Positions 13,466-28,750 of a stretch of DNA of 64,000 nucleotides are shown one piece after another. The notes below the pieces were generated by a model. The model had not been told where the DNA came from, made no database searches, and saw nothing but the letters and a program-made list of their open reading frames with translations. A program made the position numbers and the translations under genes. The DNA comes from Glycera tridactyla (taxonomy: Eukaryota). The stretch spans positions 50,406,001 to 50,470,000 of the forward strand of contig OZ286471.1 in the NCBI GenBank assembly GCA_965644265.1. Reading direction: 5' to 3'. The stretch's first letter is position 1; each line of letters begins with the position of its first letter.

Positions 13466-16199
13466 GTCGTGGTTGAAAGTCACCTCAGCTCCAGTTTTGC
13501 TATATTGTGACGCACACGCGGCATTGGTTGGATCATTCAAGCCTCCTTCGTCTTGGTCCCCCACAGGAGGTGAACATTTGGTGAAAATGTTGATCATGGT
13601 ATTAGCCCGTGAACATGTGATTGATTCACGTGGCTTCAACTAGGTCAGTCATTTTCGGTTACTGTGTTACGCAGTGAATATTGGAACAGTCGACTGGGCC
13701 TCCACTTGGCCGGTTGAATATAGTGGCCGTATCAGATATATGCCACACCCATCACAGTGCTGACAATACAATAAATCTCAATTTAGATGTGCTGGATACC
13801 ATTGTGACATCAACACGTTTGTGTTCATATGAGATGGTCATATGAGATGGGTATCATGGAGCTGCGAGTGCCCTAAATACCAATTCAGATGAGATATGAA
13901 TAATGAGATGGTAATATGAGATGGGCGACATAGTGGTATCAGAGTCCGGAATCCCAATGCAGATGTGGAAGGAGGGGATAGTGAGTTGCATGCCATGGTG
14001 GCTTTAGTGCCTTATATCTCATTGAAGAGTATATGTGATTATCACATGGATGTGCCATTTTCAGTGAAGTATTTGGTGTTGAGTATTGCGTGTGATACTT
14101 CACAGCCTTCGGCCTCTTGACATCCAGTTTGGTATTGCGTTTTTACTTCACGGGCATATGGTCTTGCTACAATATTATTATAGCATGGAATTAATTCAGT
14201 AGTGGTGCTTGTAACATGAATTTCAGAGTGACGCCAGCAGTGCACATTAGAGTGTGACAATCATGTACGAGATTGAAACGGATGCATATGTTTCACTATT
14301 AGGTGAAAGTCAGTCAGTCGTAGGCTGCCCTTCTCAATTCCATCGTTTACTGCATGAAGTTGAATGCATGGAGGCAGGAAATGGACCACACATGAATCAT
14401 ATTCGGAGGTTTGTGTCAAGCAGCTAATCCATCAACGATCACAAATATCTACACATCATATATGCAAGCATCATCAATAGGAACACACGAAGTATTTCCC
14501 AACTGTTACATGATTTATCTATCCATTATTTCAAGTCTCAATAGGCAGCCCCACCTACCAACAAATCCATCATTTTGTGTTCTCTATAGTAATTATACGA
14601 TGAGCAATACACCAAGTAGGGGGCGTTGAACTCAACCGGGGGTAAGTGCATTTTTGTGTTTCTTGCACCCAAACTATTCTGATAAATCCTCCTATGATTG
14701 CCTGATTACTGCCGGATATTCTCCCGAATCTGGACACATTCATCCTGATTTGATAGACAGTGGGCAATATCTTTCGGATAATCTACAGCACTCCGAGTGT
14801 GAGATATCGATGATTTAACAATACAGTCAAGCAGGACTTGTCCTGAGCAATGTCATCTCCCAAGCAACAGAATTCTGTCCATCACACCAGGGTATTTTTC
14901 AATATATTTGACCCATGATAAGCATGACCTAGTTCCAAAGACACACACATTTCATGTCCCGTGGCCCCATGCTCAGAACAAGTTTGACTGTGTATGATGT
15001 CATAAAAGAGACATATGCGTGAATTGATACTTCCGATCGATACCCTCGCAATTAGGTGGAACACGTAAATCGACAGATACTCATTTGATATGAAGGAACG
15101 CAAGGGACATTGCAATGGGGGAGCGGGTACAAGGCTAGGATGCTGACACAAAACAACTTCATATAATCTTATAGGACAACATCCTGGAGGACGAATATTT
15201 TCAATGCATTTACAATTATCCGAAATATGCAAGAAAATCAGATATGAGTGAATAATGGGGATATTCCGACTATCTGCAGTCAAACCTGTCTACAAAGATC
15301 ACCATTGATAACAAGGGCGCACAGGTGCGCTGATAGAGATCTACGATGCGGCGTGAAAATAAACAAACCGAATCGGGCATCTGCCCTGCCCGCCGGAGCT
15401 CTCTCACTGTGACCTATCCAGCATATATTATTACGCTGCATTGCATGCTCGTACTATTTGTCCGCAGCTATACATATCCTACCCACAGAAATCTGTATAG
15501 TGCGGTGATCAGCACCACAAAAACGAGTGTAGGGAGAATCGGGTATCATCTGAGGGCTATCTTTTCTCAGATTGTCATTGATACGATCAATAAACATGTG
15601 TTGGTGACATCATATGTACTTTTCAAACAACTCTGATCAATATACATTTGATGATATCAGTCTTGAGAGTCAGGATTGGTGAAGTTAGTAGGTAGTTCGA
15701 GCAGAGAGGTGGTGGCATAGAGATCTCCAGCCGCTGGCGGAGAGCTCAAAAATGGTTTCTGTAGAGCAGTGACTTATATCGCAGACACAGCAGTTTGTTG
15801 CATTTGTATGAACGTTTCCGTATTATGGAGATGCGTCCGCGAGTTGATTTGAATGTATTCAAATATATCCGTGGCATGATTTCAAATGTGGTCGTATTCG
15901 ACCAACTCCGATTCACGGACAGCACATTTGAAGTTGAAATGTATGATAATAAGATATGGCCGCGAATATGTGATATTGGTGTGATGTCATATGTGAGAAG
16001 TATGGGATCGTTTAGTATCATATGTTATTGGGAATGTGTTTAATATATGTATCAATATTGATGAAGAAGGGGGGGGGGTCTGTTTGGAAAATCCCCTCAT
16101 CATATAGCCTATGAAGCTTCATGAAGTCTCAATGCCCAGAAAGCTATATGGTTTCCAGATCGGTCAACGCATTTGACGAATTGATTGACGGATTGGTTG

Positions 16200-17340
16200 A
16201 TTTTTAACGGCATGTATCAACCGAGACATTTGACGGGAAAACACGCTTGCAGTCACTCGAAAAATCTGATTTGCAGGCCTTCAACTTATGTGGATGCATG
16301 AAATGAGATATTCAGAATAGCTTTCTCAATATGAACTTGTAATGCAATCGATATTTGTTATATCAGCCAATAATCATCTCACGGACAATAGTCTTACAGG
16401 AAAAACATTTCGAATACACTTGCAGTTACCCGAAATACAACAAATAAAATGATTCATCTGATGTGGGTGTATAAGATAGAATATCAAGGATAGATGTCTG
16501 TATATGAATTCGGAATGCTTTTGAAATTTGACAATATCAACAAATGCTCATCCCACGGACGTCAGACTTGAAAGGGAACATTTACAACACACCAGGAGTC
16601 AACTGAAATATAAGAAGTGACGGAAGTCCATCTGATGTAGGTGTATAAAATGAAAAATTCCAAGTAGCTTTCTCGACACGAATTTGGGATGCTTTCAAAC
16701 TTTGGCAGTATCAACCAATACTAGTCCGGCGGAAATCATACTCAGAGAAAAATATTCATAATGCACTTGCGGTCATCCGAAATAAAATGAAATGAAAGAA
16801 ATTCATCTAATGCGGATGTTGAAATGAAATATGCAGAATAGCTATCCATAGGGATGCTTCCAAAATTTGGCTTTATCAACCATTGCTCGTCTCACGGGCA
16901 ACAAACTTAAAGGGAAACATTTCTCGTATATGTGTAGTCATCCGAAATACAGGAAATGACAGAAATTCACCTGATGCAGGTCAATGAAGTATAATATTCG
17001 AAATAGCGAAATCAATATGGATTTGAGATGTTTCAAAAATTCCGCCATATCTAGCCGCGCCCACCCAACGAAAAACAGACTGGAAGGCGGATATATCCAA
17101 GTGAGAGAAAACCATCGGATTTGCATGAATAAAATGAAATATCAGAACAACAATTCCAATATGGATTTTGAGTGCTTCCGAAATTTGGCTACATCCATCT
17201 ACGCACACTTCACGGGCAACACCTTTCAAGTAAGACATATCAACACACAGCAGTAAATTGAAACACAAGAAGTGACGGGAATTCTTCTGATATGGTTGAA
17301 TTCATAAAATATCCAGAGTGTAACCAATTGAATATGGCTG
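16200..17340. repeat. Highly diverged tandem array, ~165-175-bp unit, about 6 copies
   Basis: catctgatg-like anchor at 16455, 16629, 16804, 16968; recurring tgcttt..aaatttgg..tatcaacc and cacttgc.gtcatccgaaata. Confidence 0.7.
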
Positions 17341-20300
17341 TAGAATGAAAGTGTGAAAAAAAGATCTACTCACGATGTGGACGCAGAGTAGGAGAAAGAT
17401 GGAGATGAGCGTGTTCCTCCTCATGGCTTCTAGCTGATGGATGCACTGGCCTAGGCGCCGATAGTCAACACTATAAAGATGACGTCGGCGGGCTAGTGGC
17501 CTACTGCCTACTCCTCATCTTCACCACATCACCGTCCGACCCGTCGCTAGGTACCTCTCCCCACATCCACCTGATGCTACTGATGCGGAGAATGCTACCA
17601 GAGGATCAGTTTCACTAGGCTTCAGATCGTCCCAGAAAAACATATCGCTACACCGTTGTAGTCAAATATGTCATTTTGATTCACCTTCATATTTCTAAGA
17701 GGAATTGTAGAAAGTACCCGATGGCATGTTTCGATAGTTGATATGATTTGGGGATGGACTGATTGATTGAGTACTGTTTGATGCCCTCCCGACATCACGT
17801 CGGTCATTTCGGAATTGAGGATTGAAATGTTTCTAGATTATGTGCATTTTCGCCAATGGATGGCTTTTCATATTCTGATTTGAGACAGCTACAGTGTGTC
17901 CAGGTGCATTGATTGATGAAGAAAGATTTGTGCTTTTTTTGTTACTTGTTTTGAATTGGAGATTTGTGCGAGACGTCTGACCTGTCAAGCAAACAAAAAG
18001 TGGTTGTTTGGATGACAAATCATCCTGAGCAGGTGGTTTCGGACATGAAAAGAATGCCTCGTTTTGTTCTCGAACAATTTGGCCATACTAGTTCGAGCTA
18101 TAGGTTCCGCAATGGAAACATCACGTCTATAACGTTCATACTGAACAAAAATGCCGCGAATCTTATCACTTCGTATGCCAATGTCATCATACATTTTGGC
18201 ATGTGCTATTTGATGGAGAATGAAAACATTGTACAAGATGGAAAACATTTTTTATTTATTTGATGTATATATTTGGCTTTTTTCTTCTTGCAATCCGGAG
18301 TATTTTGACAAATATGAATCATACACATGCTGTGAAATTGCACATCGATGGTATCGGAAACCTGTCAGGTGTATGGCAGTTCGTCCCTCTTTGCTAGTAA
18401 AAGATCCACAGCCGTCTTTTGCCTGTGGTGGATTTTCCGTGGCTTTGATAATTCCTCTCCCCGGAGTTTTGGTCAACTATAAACAAGTGGGTTTAGCAGT
18501 CGTGGGACCCTGACAAAAATCGGACAACCAAACCAAGGGACATACAAAATCAGCGATGCTCACTTAGTTCAGTACCCATTCAAGTATATTGACTTTGTAC
18601 CATAAAACAACGCTGATATATACATCATTGAGAGGCTAATTTGATTGAGAATGTTATTCTTTTTGATATAATTTATAGAATTCCATATCAGATCTGATAG
18701 CTATCCCGATTTCGCTGAATCCAATGGATTCAAAGTGAGGTGAATCCAACCATCATCATGGAGGATATTTCGACAATCCAGGAACAAATGTACCTTCTAT
18801 CCAGATATAGGACATTGATTGTAACTTCGTTGAACTTGCGCAATGTGGGACAGGCCAATGTGAAGACGGCCCTCGATTCTATCAGGCATATCAGGACATT
18901 GTCCAAACCTAGTTTCTCTTTGATGTACTGAGATGGTTCATTGATGGTTCAGTAGCCTCCATCAATAGTAGATCTCCGTATCTCATGATTAATAGTTAGT
19001 TTGCCGCACCCAAATCGATCCCACTATGATGCACAATCTGCTTATAGTCCCCAGTGTACCCAAGAATACTTCGACTTTACCTAAATTTCATAATATGGCA
19101 GAATATGAGTGGATGAACATGAAAGGTGACCCTTTCCATCCAATATGATGTACATAACACTATGGTCCATCTTGACGGTCACATGTCTCTCAACGCCATT
19201 GGGCTGGGATGGTGTTGATTCCAGTCAAGTTTCCACCTAACATAGAGAGGAAATAAGAATAGACATATATATTTGTAAGCGGTGAAGAATTCTATATGGG
19301 CTGTCGTTGTTGACAAGTAGAGAAGATGGAATGTTTGGAATGAACTGGAGTGTGTTTCGGGCCTCACCTCTATGACAGGGGCCAAGGACCGACGATTCTG
19401 AATAATGGTGGAGCGATAGTTGGTGAAGGCATATACGTTGTTTCGGATACGGAAGCAGGAGGCATTGTCACATTTTCTCATGCCGTATGTTCTCTTTGTG
19501 GATGAGTATTCCCTCACATTTCTAAAGCGATTTCATATTCAGTGAGGAATCGTACTACAATTTTCAACCTGGCCCTCTTCTGCAAACAAGCATCGCTTTT
19601 TCTTGAGAATGCTTTGATTCCCAGAGATAATTGTGACGTGTTTTTTCGTGGCCATTGGTTCTCACGTGAGTAATCATTGCTTTGTGACGTGTTTCTCTCG
19701 AGGATTATGTGGTGAGGCGTAAGAATTACATCGAACAAAACCTTTCCAGCAGTGTGAATCGGGTGATTATTGCCTTCAAATCGTGTTATACCGAGAAGGT
19801 TCAGACAAATTCGTAACCGAACGAAGTTTTCTGTCGAACCGGAGCCAGGGTAAATAGAAAAATTTTCCTATACTGACCTGCCCCAACGGTGACTTCTTGT
19901 AGATAATCATGACCTGTATAGTGATGTACGTGGGAAATATATCAAAAGTTCCTGTCATTTATTCGTGTATGTCCTGCTCAATACTCGTCCAGAAAAACTA
20001 AAATGAATTGCAATATTTTGAATGGAAGCTGAGATTGATAGCCATTCCAAACCTATGAACTCAACGGTATCTCAACAAAGCCTCGCTTGAAAGTGATTTC
20101 GCTTCTTGTTGTTCACTGTGGTCAGGAATAATTGACATAATCTGAATCAATCCTACGTTCAAAGGATAACAATGTGGTCAACATTTTCAATAACAGAAAT
20201 GACACCTTTAATATCTCACGATATGTAAGTTCACCTTTCATTAGAGAATGATCCCACTCATGTCTATTGCTTCGGCGTCAAAATATAACACATATGACGT

Positions 20301-23300
20301 TGTCTTCAGACCAGAACCAATCAACCAACTATCTTATGTCGCAGGGATCTTGTGACACTAGCGTTGTCCGCTTGTGATATATGTCCAATCGCTATATAAC
20401 ATATACACTAGATGGTCAGCTTCGAGGGAATAGGTGCTGTATCCACATCCTCAATGAGATGCCGAATACCAGCAACGGTGTAGACTCCAGATTGGCTTAG
20501 ATTTATGCCAGTGTCTTCCAGTACTAAAGTATTCCCGATTAGAAATCAAAAGATAAGATAACATCATCTTTCACAATTGATCGTAAATTGACGACCACGG
20601 CAGCAACTCAGAAACTTTCCGAGATCCGATCGCCAAGTCTGACGATAATGCATTGCATTTTTCATCACGATATCAAGGTGTTGTCATCTCGGTCGACAGC
20701 TGATTGCTGCTTTTTTTTTCAGCCTGCATCTCATCGGAATTCACCTTTTCTACCTGATGCATCGTCAGCCTAATTCATTCTGTCTGATTTATCTGTGTTG
20801 ATGGATCATATTTGGTTTGTGATGAGAATTTTGAGAGATCTCTTTCTTGGCATTTGAACAACTCCGGAAAAAGGTTCATACGGAACTAAGGAGGTTATCG
20901 GAGGCATTGCGGATCGATCTCGCATTGCCATAATTATCTACCATTATCTCAGCCATCTGGAAATCCATTGTGTGTGAGAATGTGTTTGATGATATCTCAT
21001 GTCATGAACATTTATCTTGCAATCACCTAGGGATCACTTCAGAACCAAGCTACTCGGTTGAAAGAAGTTGCGAAAGGAATTCTGTCAAGTAAAGTAAGAA
21101 AAATGTCATTAAGATATAGTGAAGGTAATATAGCGCAGGCTTTCAACCTCAAATTGTTTTTTTCATTGAACCACGATGTTATTACTTTCCTTTCTCTCCC
21201 CGTAATTCCCTGATGCTTGACTACCCATGCTTGAACTTGCCAAAAATAGGGAAAAACAATCAAAGTAGAGGAACTCTTGAGAACGAGAAACATCACCAGC
21301 AGTAGAAACATCTGGTGGCAAGTGGGAAAATATTGACCTGTCACCATCTGCACATGCACATTTCTTCTTTCCACAACAGCCACCATGGACACATAGAAGC
21401 GATTATGTTCTGAGGATGAGAGAGGCAGGTATCATCATCTAGGTTGAAAGACAATAACTTGGGGGTGGGTAGTATTGCCCAGGTCCATTCCTCAGTCTAC
21501 ATCGAAGCACAAAACAGATGGAGCAATAATTGTGAAAATAACTATTATGAATAATTTTCAATGGTGAGATGGACAGACCACCGCTTGTCCAGCCATCACT
21601 CGGACCTAGGCATGGAGATCCAAGAATGTCGCCACATGTTTCCTAAAAAATATACGTAGAAGGTATCTCTCGATCTTCAAAATGCTTTTTGTATTTTCTA
21701 ACGATAAAATGATTCACGTCCACATGTCTTCGATGAGAGTGCCAATGCTCTGACTTCATGACCAGAGATCTTATCTCCGCAAGGATCTGCTCCCCTCCAG
21801 CTACCTGCGCTATAAGAATGAGTTATTCCATCCAGCGAGAAATATGATGCACTTTTTTTTCTGCATTTTCATTGCAGCCTGATAGAGATAACATGCCACC
21901 ACCCTCTAAATGTGACGACACTACTCACATGGGTGTCCAGAACGTCCATCAGGCACTAGATCATCCCATAACCACCCCCAAACTTGCCGTCAGGAATGGC
22001 TGGAATGAATATGAAACAGAGCTGTTGGCCCTTTTTCCGTGACACCTCTCTTGCAAGAATATCGATGATTCTGGGGTGACCACATTTTCTGGTTCTGATT
22101 CTGGGAATACCTCGTAGTAAAATTGAAGACGAATTTGAAGAGATTGCGATTGTGAAGGTGAACTTCAGGTCAGTTCTTTGGACCAGGTCCAGATACCAGA
22201 TACAGGCGTAGCGGAACTGATGATCGATGTAACAGAAGTAGTAAAATGCCAAAGCTCTTTATTGAGTTGTCGCTGGTGAGCCGATGAGAATTCCCAACAT
22301 GGAGAGCATGTCTACGTTTATATCCCTGGACTGAATAGATCATCTATCTCTTTTACAAGAGCCTCCTTTGCCTGATTCACGGCCGGTGTTGTCAATAGCT
22401 TACTGACCTTTATCCTATTGAAGCCTATATTCAGTAGAGCATCCTTTCGTCATAGCATCGGAAGTGTTCAACCTTCAAGACGTAATAGCCTATTCACAAT
22501 AAAGCATTATGTCCAATAGCATCGGATGCACTCTACCCCAATGACGTAATAGCCATAATTTACAAGGAAAATAAGTCAAAAAATCGGAAATCATGATTTA
22601 CATGGTACTGAAATAGCAATGAGCACAAGTCAGGGCCATATTGAGCCGCTCAAGCAATCGTTATGAGTAGGCTCATTCAGGTCCTTCTGTGTCCACGGAT
22701 ATGATCACTGGCGCTAGAAATAAATGATTTGATACCTGACATGGATACCTTTGAGAATCGCAAACAATCATGGATTTAAAAGTGAACGCATATATTCCAC
22801 GTCATGGAGGGAAGAAAATCGTTTTCCTGAGAATCTGAGCATTGACACGCGAGCCGCCCTGCTTCGAAGACAATCATTGGGGAAATCTATCCTGGGTTTT
22901 TCGGCCTTCGATAATACGGATTCCCTCCGTCTCGACAGCATACGCTTTTGACTACTGAGGTTTTCCGATCACAAGCACAGATGAATGGAGCATCAATGAC
23001 CTCCATCACGAAAGATACGTCTGTTTATCATCACACGACATGCGCAATTGATTCATATATCAGAGATGGCCATGCTCATCAAAACATCTTCACAGGGCAA
23101 TGCAGCTACAGCCAACCGGAATATTCAGACTTTAGAGTTTGAAAAATAGGGTAATAATGATCACGAGGATGATGTCACAGATAAGGACAAGACGAAGATG
23201 ACGACAGCTACAACGACAACGGCGATTATGATTTGACGAATATGACAGCACTGTTGATGATCGGAAAAGTGAGAATGATGCCGATAATATCATGATGGTG

Positions 23301-23319
23301 TATCCGATATTGATGCTGC

Positions 23320-23358
23320 TAATGATGATGATAATGATGACGATGATCATGGTGATAA

Positions 23359-23416
<58 letters not shown>

Positions 23417-23698
23417 CATGGTGATAATGATGATGATGCTGACGATGATCATGATGATACGATATTAATGCTGCTGATGGTGATGATGATGATGTTGCTG
23501 CTTATGATGGTGATNNNNNNNNNNNNNNNNNNNNNNNNNNNNNNNNNNNNNNNNNNNNNNNNNNNNNNNNNNNNNNNNNNNNNNNNNNNNNNNNNNNNNN
23601 NNNNNNNNNNNNNNNNNNNNNNNNNNNNNNNNNNNNNNNNNNNNNNNNNNNNNNNNNNNNNNNNNNNNNNNNNNNNNTTGCTGCTGATGCTGCTGTTG

Positions 23699-23734
<36 letters not shown>

Positions 23735-23755
23735 ATGATGACGATGATGATGGTC
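23320..23755. repeat. Compound (GAT)n/(GCT)n microsatellite spanning an assembly gap
   Basis: Direct reading; N gap 23515-23677 inside. Confidence 0.9.
23515..23677. other. Assembly gap (N)
   Basis: Run of N. Confidence 1.
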
Positions 23756-25868
23756 TAGTAGGTGACCAGTGAGGTCAATCATTGCTCCCACGAGACTGCA
23801 CCTCGCCAACCAGTGTTCACATCTGCAACAATTGAGTTACGTCCTGACTCCCCCGTGACACGTGGGCGTCAATGTTGGCAAAACACTGCACATGTCGGGT
23901 CGATGATGGGTCGGATTAACCCTCACAACACCGCAGAATCTATACCGAGAGATGCTCCTTCATATAGCAACCTATGTGTTGATAGGGGATCAAACATTAA
24001 AGAGTTGCCGCAATTTAAACCATCATCTATTTATTCCGTATGATTGTCTCAATTATCAGCACCCACTGTTTGACTATTGGGTATCCGATATACCAACCTG
24101 AATGAATTTTGTTCATCGAAAATTATCATGGAGGTCAATATACATAGTGTGATAAATACTCCCAAACAGTAATAAACGACATGCAGCATATTCCCCATGA
24201 ATCACATTATCATGCCAATTTGCTTCGTCATATAACACTGATGTGTTGGTATATATCATTTAGTGTATTCGCGTCTCTAATTGCTGCTTTTTGTGTGACT
24301 ATGGGCCATAATGCTTTCCAGGCTACTGATCGGTGCGGTGTCATACCACTCATGCATACATGGTGCGTAATAGTCAGATATCTAAGGTAATGTGCATATC
24401 TGATGTCCATTCTCCGTCTAGTTCCTACTTTGTGTTAGCATCTGCGTTTTTGTAGGGACCTCATTAGCAGAATCACACATCATTACAATTAGAGCCATTT
24501 GAAATATTCTAATCATTATCTATTTATTCAAAATTACTCGATAATCCCCAATCATCAGCACCTACTATTCAACTATAGTCTATCCGGAATAACAATCCCT
24601 AATAACCAGAGTCATTATGACCGAAAGTCTCTAACAACATAAAACATATGCCCCATTAATTTTATCATTTACCAAGTTGCTCCGTCATAAAGCGCTGATG
24701 TATCATATTTCTTTTGTGGTTTTCTCGCACCTCTATCCGGGGCATTCCGTACTGAAGGACCACGGTCGATTAGGCTCTCCAGGCTGATAAGTGAGGTGTC
24801 GTAGCAGTCATACATGAAGCCTTTCAGAGTAGTCATACATGTATGGATAGTAATGGTCAGATATCCGAGGTGATAAGTATATTTGAAGGTCATCCATTGT
24901 CTGGATCCTACATTTGTTCTTCTAGGATACCAATATAATCAGAATAACGCATACATTAAAGGCATAGCCTGATTATGATCGGGGAATCTTAGGTTTTCAG
25001 TGTATCATCATATTTTTGATTGATATATTTCATGTGGATTATTCTAGCATTGTTTTCATATGGATGATGGATTTTATACTGAAATTGATCAGATGATTGA
25101 AATTCTATGAAGCTATGAATGCCTTGTTATACCCTCTGAGTCGCCAGCTAGTTATACAATATATTCCGTACTGATTGATTGCCATTATTTCTTAAAACAT
25201 ACCCGAGTAGTTCTAGTTGAGAGATGGAAATGATTTATATTTTGTCAAATGCATGAAACTCCTGAAGGCGCATGAAACACCGTGCAGCGTATGAACATTG
25301 GTAATCAGGAGATAAATGAAGTTCCGTGAAGCCTTGTGCTGCATGGTGAAGCCTTACAGGTTGCTAGCTGGTGCATCGCAGACAGAAGCTGCCGCTTGAT
25401 CGCACTAATTGATGGAGCCATACATATGGATTCCGGATACAGACGCTAATCCATTTTGGTTTCATTTCTATCAGCCAAGGATAACGAATTGTCACTGCAA
25501 TATGCGAGCGACCGATATGACAGCAAATCTGACTCAGCAACCATATACCGTTTATCCTTTCCGTATAGGCATGGAATAGTCACAAATACACCTGTGAAGC
25601 CTTGAATAGTAGCCCCGTACAAATTAAAAATGGAAAAAAGTATCAGAATAGATCGGAATCATATTCAGCTCCATTTTTCATGCCGATGATGGGCATCATC
25701 ATCCTCGTTGTCGTCGTCATCGCCATCACCAACAGTATATAATAATACAGATCAGTTGAATAATCTTCGATAAGTTATATAAATTACTCCGTGAATTAGT
25801 ACGACACAAGGCTGTTGACTTTGGTAATTATTTTGGTTCACTTCATCTATTTCACATGCCGGAAGGAC

Positions 25869-26089
25869 NNNNNNNNNNNNNNNNNNNNNNNNNNNNNNNN
25901 NNNNNNNNNNNNNNNNNNNNNNNNNNNNNNNNNNNNNNNNNNNNNNNNNNNNNNNNNNNNNNNNNNNNNNNNNNNNNNNNNNNNNNNNNNNNNNNNNNNN
26001 NNNNNNNNNNNNNNNNNNNNNNNNNNNNNNNNNNNNNNNNNNNNNNNNNNNNNNNNNNNNNNNNNNNNNNNNNNNNNNNNNNNNNNNNN
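25869..26089. other. Assembly gap (N)
   Basis: Run of N. Confidence 1.
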
Positions 26090-26255
26090 AACAATATGTT
26101 TCTATATTCTGATCACTAATGACATAACTTACAAATTCATCTCATCATTCTTTCGAGCAAATCAGGAAAGCACTTGGTAAGTCTGCTAAGAAGTCCACTA
26201 TCATCTGATATCTCATTCACTGATACTGTCTGTGACTTGACTCACAGGACGGACA

Positions 26256-28750
26256 GATTTTTTGATTTTTCGATTTGTAACATTATTTTATTTCGCCAAT
26301 AGCAGTTAGATACAATTGTACTCTTCTTCAGTACAGCAAAAACGTATATACATACAATATAATACGATGGTATTGAGTGATGTGATGTTATATGTACATA
26401 TGTTACGAGATGGTGGTGACGGATGAGTGATGATGAACAGAATGAGATGATATGGCCATCAGAAGAAAAACAATCGCAGAAAATAAACTGTTCCCAGGTC
26501 AGGTTGGATGAAAATATTTTGGTGACTGTACTTCTCAAGACTTGATAAATCGTTGTTCTTTTAAGAACTTTTTGAAGGATGAGACTTCCATATCAATAGA
26601 TGTTCGGTATTTCAATATATGCTCGTTCCATTCTCTGGCTGCTCGATGTCTAAAATTTCGTTTAGAAATTGAGTATTTCAGACGCTCTAACTTCAGACTC
26701 TGTAGAGACATTGAGCGAGTCTGCTGTGAGTGTTCATTGCTATCAATCTGGTAGAGAGGAGTTGATGTAAATTTTCCACTCAGATACTTCTTCATATGTA
26801 TAAGATCATGCTCTTGTCTCCTGTCGACAAGTGTTTGGACTTTCAATTCATCATGGAGTTCTGAGGTATTGTACCTTTTTGGCTTCTTTAGAATACAACG
26901 TAATGCGGTATTCTGCGTCTTCTGCAGTATGAATCTATCCCTCCGACTTACACCATTGAATGTTACGTCCCCATAGTCAAAAAGTGGGAGTATCAAAGAT
27001 TGATACAACATCAATGCCGTGTCTTTGTTGATGACACTACGGATTCTGGCAAGTACCCCTATACGACTCATTGACTCTGTGCAAATGTAAGCAACATGTT
27101 CTTTGAAACTCAGGATCTGGTCAATTATGATTCCCAGGTACTTCATCTTGGTTACCCTCTCTACCTGTTCAGTTCCTGAGAAAATCGGAAAATCAATGAA
27201 CTTTTGTATTTACTCGGTATGCCAGATACCATGAACTTTGTTTTCTTGACGTTTAAGGATAGCATATTTGCTCCTAGCCAATCAGTCACATGAGGCATTA
27301 TATCAGTAACATGAGTCTTCATGAGTTCAGGAGAGCTGGTTGTAATACTTATCGCAGTGTCATCAGCATATAGATGACTAACGAGAGATGTATCAAACAT
27401 CGTACCTGTGGCGTCCCTCAGGTACATTGGTAAATCGTTAATATACAAACAAAACAGTAGAGGTCCCAAAATAGATCCCTGGGGGACGCCACAGGTGACT
27501 CGTAGTTTCTCTGCCATTATTGAATTTACAGTGGTCTCACACCAGCGATTCTCGAGATAGCTTGATATACATGATATGGATGTCTCATTCATGCCATAGC
27601 AGCTGAGTTTATTTATGAGGAGCGCATTGTCTACCGTGTCGATAGCCTTTTTCAGATCCAGGAAGAGCGTCCCAGTGGCACACCCCTGCTCGTTTCCCTG
27701 ATATATATTATCTAGGAACTCGAGCAGGCACGTGCCAGTGGATCGGCCTCGCCTGAACCCTGACTGCTCCCAAAACAGCAGACTCATGCGCTCCACATAA
27801 TCATACAGTTGGGTATGTAGTACACGTTCATGAACCTTACTGGCTGCTGCCAAAAGACTTATAGGTCTATAGTTATTAGGATTTGAATGACCTCTCTCTT
27901 TAAAAAGAGGTATAATTGTCGCAGTTTTCCACATATCTGGGAACATCCCCTGGTCAATAGATTTGTTGATAACATGTGTCAGCAGTGGAGCTATACTTGA
28001 TACACATTCCATTATGACTCTAGAAGGAAGCCCGTCATCTCCACATGCTTTGCTCGGTTTCATATCTGCTATGATTTTAGTCACCTCTGCAACACTCACC
28101 CTTGTGAAACTGAAGGTATTTTTCTGATCAGTCGGAAACGAATGAGATGGATCTAGTCCAGTTGACGGGATTTGCCTTGATAGTGATGGCCCTATTTCAG
28201 CAAAGTGACTGTTCATTATATTCGTAATTTCTTCCTGATCAGTGTTGTCATGTAATTTATTTATGACTGTTTTTTTCTTGCTGTCCTTCCAGAAATATTG
28301 AATGGATTTCCAGAGATTTTTTGGATCGTCTTTAAAGGAGAATAGTTTCTCATCTAGAAATCCACGTTGAAGACTCGTTTTCAATTCAGACACCCTTTTG
28401 ACGAGATCCATTTTCCTTCTACAGATAAGTGTGACGCCAGGAGATAAAGGTTGTCTAGTCATAGCAGGATACTGCCAACAATTGGTTGTTGCGTCATATT
28501 GCCGGCAGATACCAGCATTGCCTGAGAAGAAGGGATTGCTCTACATGGCAAACGTCGACTGTCAGTGGCACTCCGCCCAATCTGCTCGCCAATCCATCAA
28601 AACAGCGATCCTGGCCTGAGCACGCGTGGAACTCATCATAAGCCAGTGCATCTAAAAATGCCCAAGCATGATCCGGTATTTTCCCTTGTCAAGTCCAAAC
28701 AGCCAATGAAAACCACTGGCTTACAGCAAGCGATTTTGCGTGAATAGGTG
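26256..28750 (-). pseudogene. 5'-truncated CR1/L2-group LINE (RT domain, C-terminus, 3' UTR)
   Basis: ORF 28462-27161 has NYRPISLL, FLDLKKAIDTV, GVPQGSILGPLLF, LYADDTA. Frameshift near 27150 into ORF 27146-26535 (KYLG...FDYGD...WN). AATAAA ~26290 and (AAATC)-like tail 26256-26277. 5' boundary approximate. Confidence 0.9.

Noticed and set aside
13934-13944. TGGTATCAGAG, resembling a tRNA-Met primer binding site
   Set aside because: It matches the plant-type PBS; no paired LTRs or gag-pol follow; probably chance.
22228-22700. Possible solo LTR (minus strand ends AATAAA...GTTACA)
   Set aside because: No second terminus, TSD or partner copy could be identified.
1-26200. Host protein-coding exons among the many 60-130 aa ORFs (also 29-36 kb, 40-43 kb, 58-64 kb)
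   Set aside because: None shows a recognisable domain; lengths are as expected by chance. Short exons of a long-intron gene cannot be excluded without transcript data.
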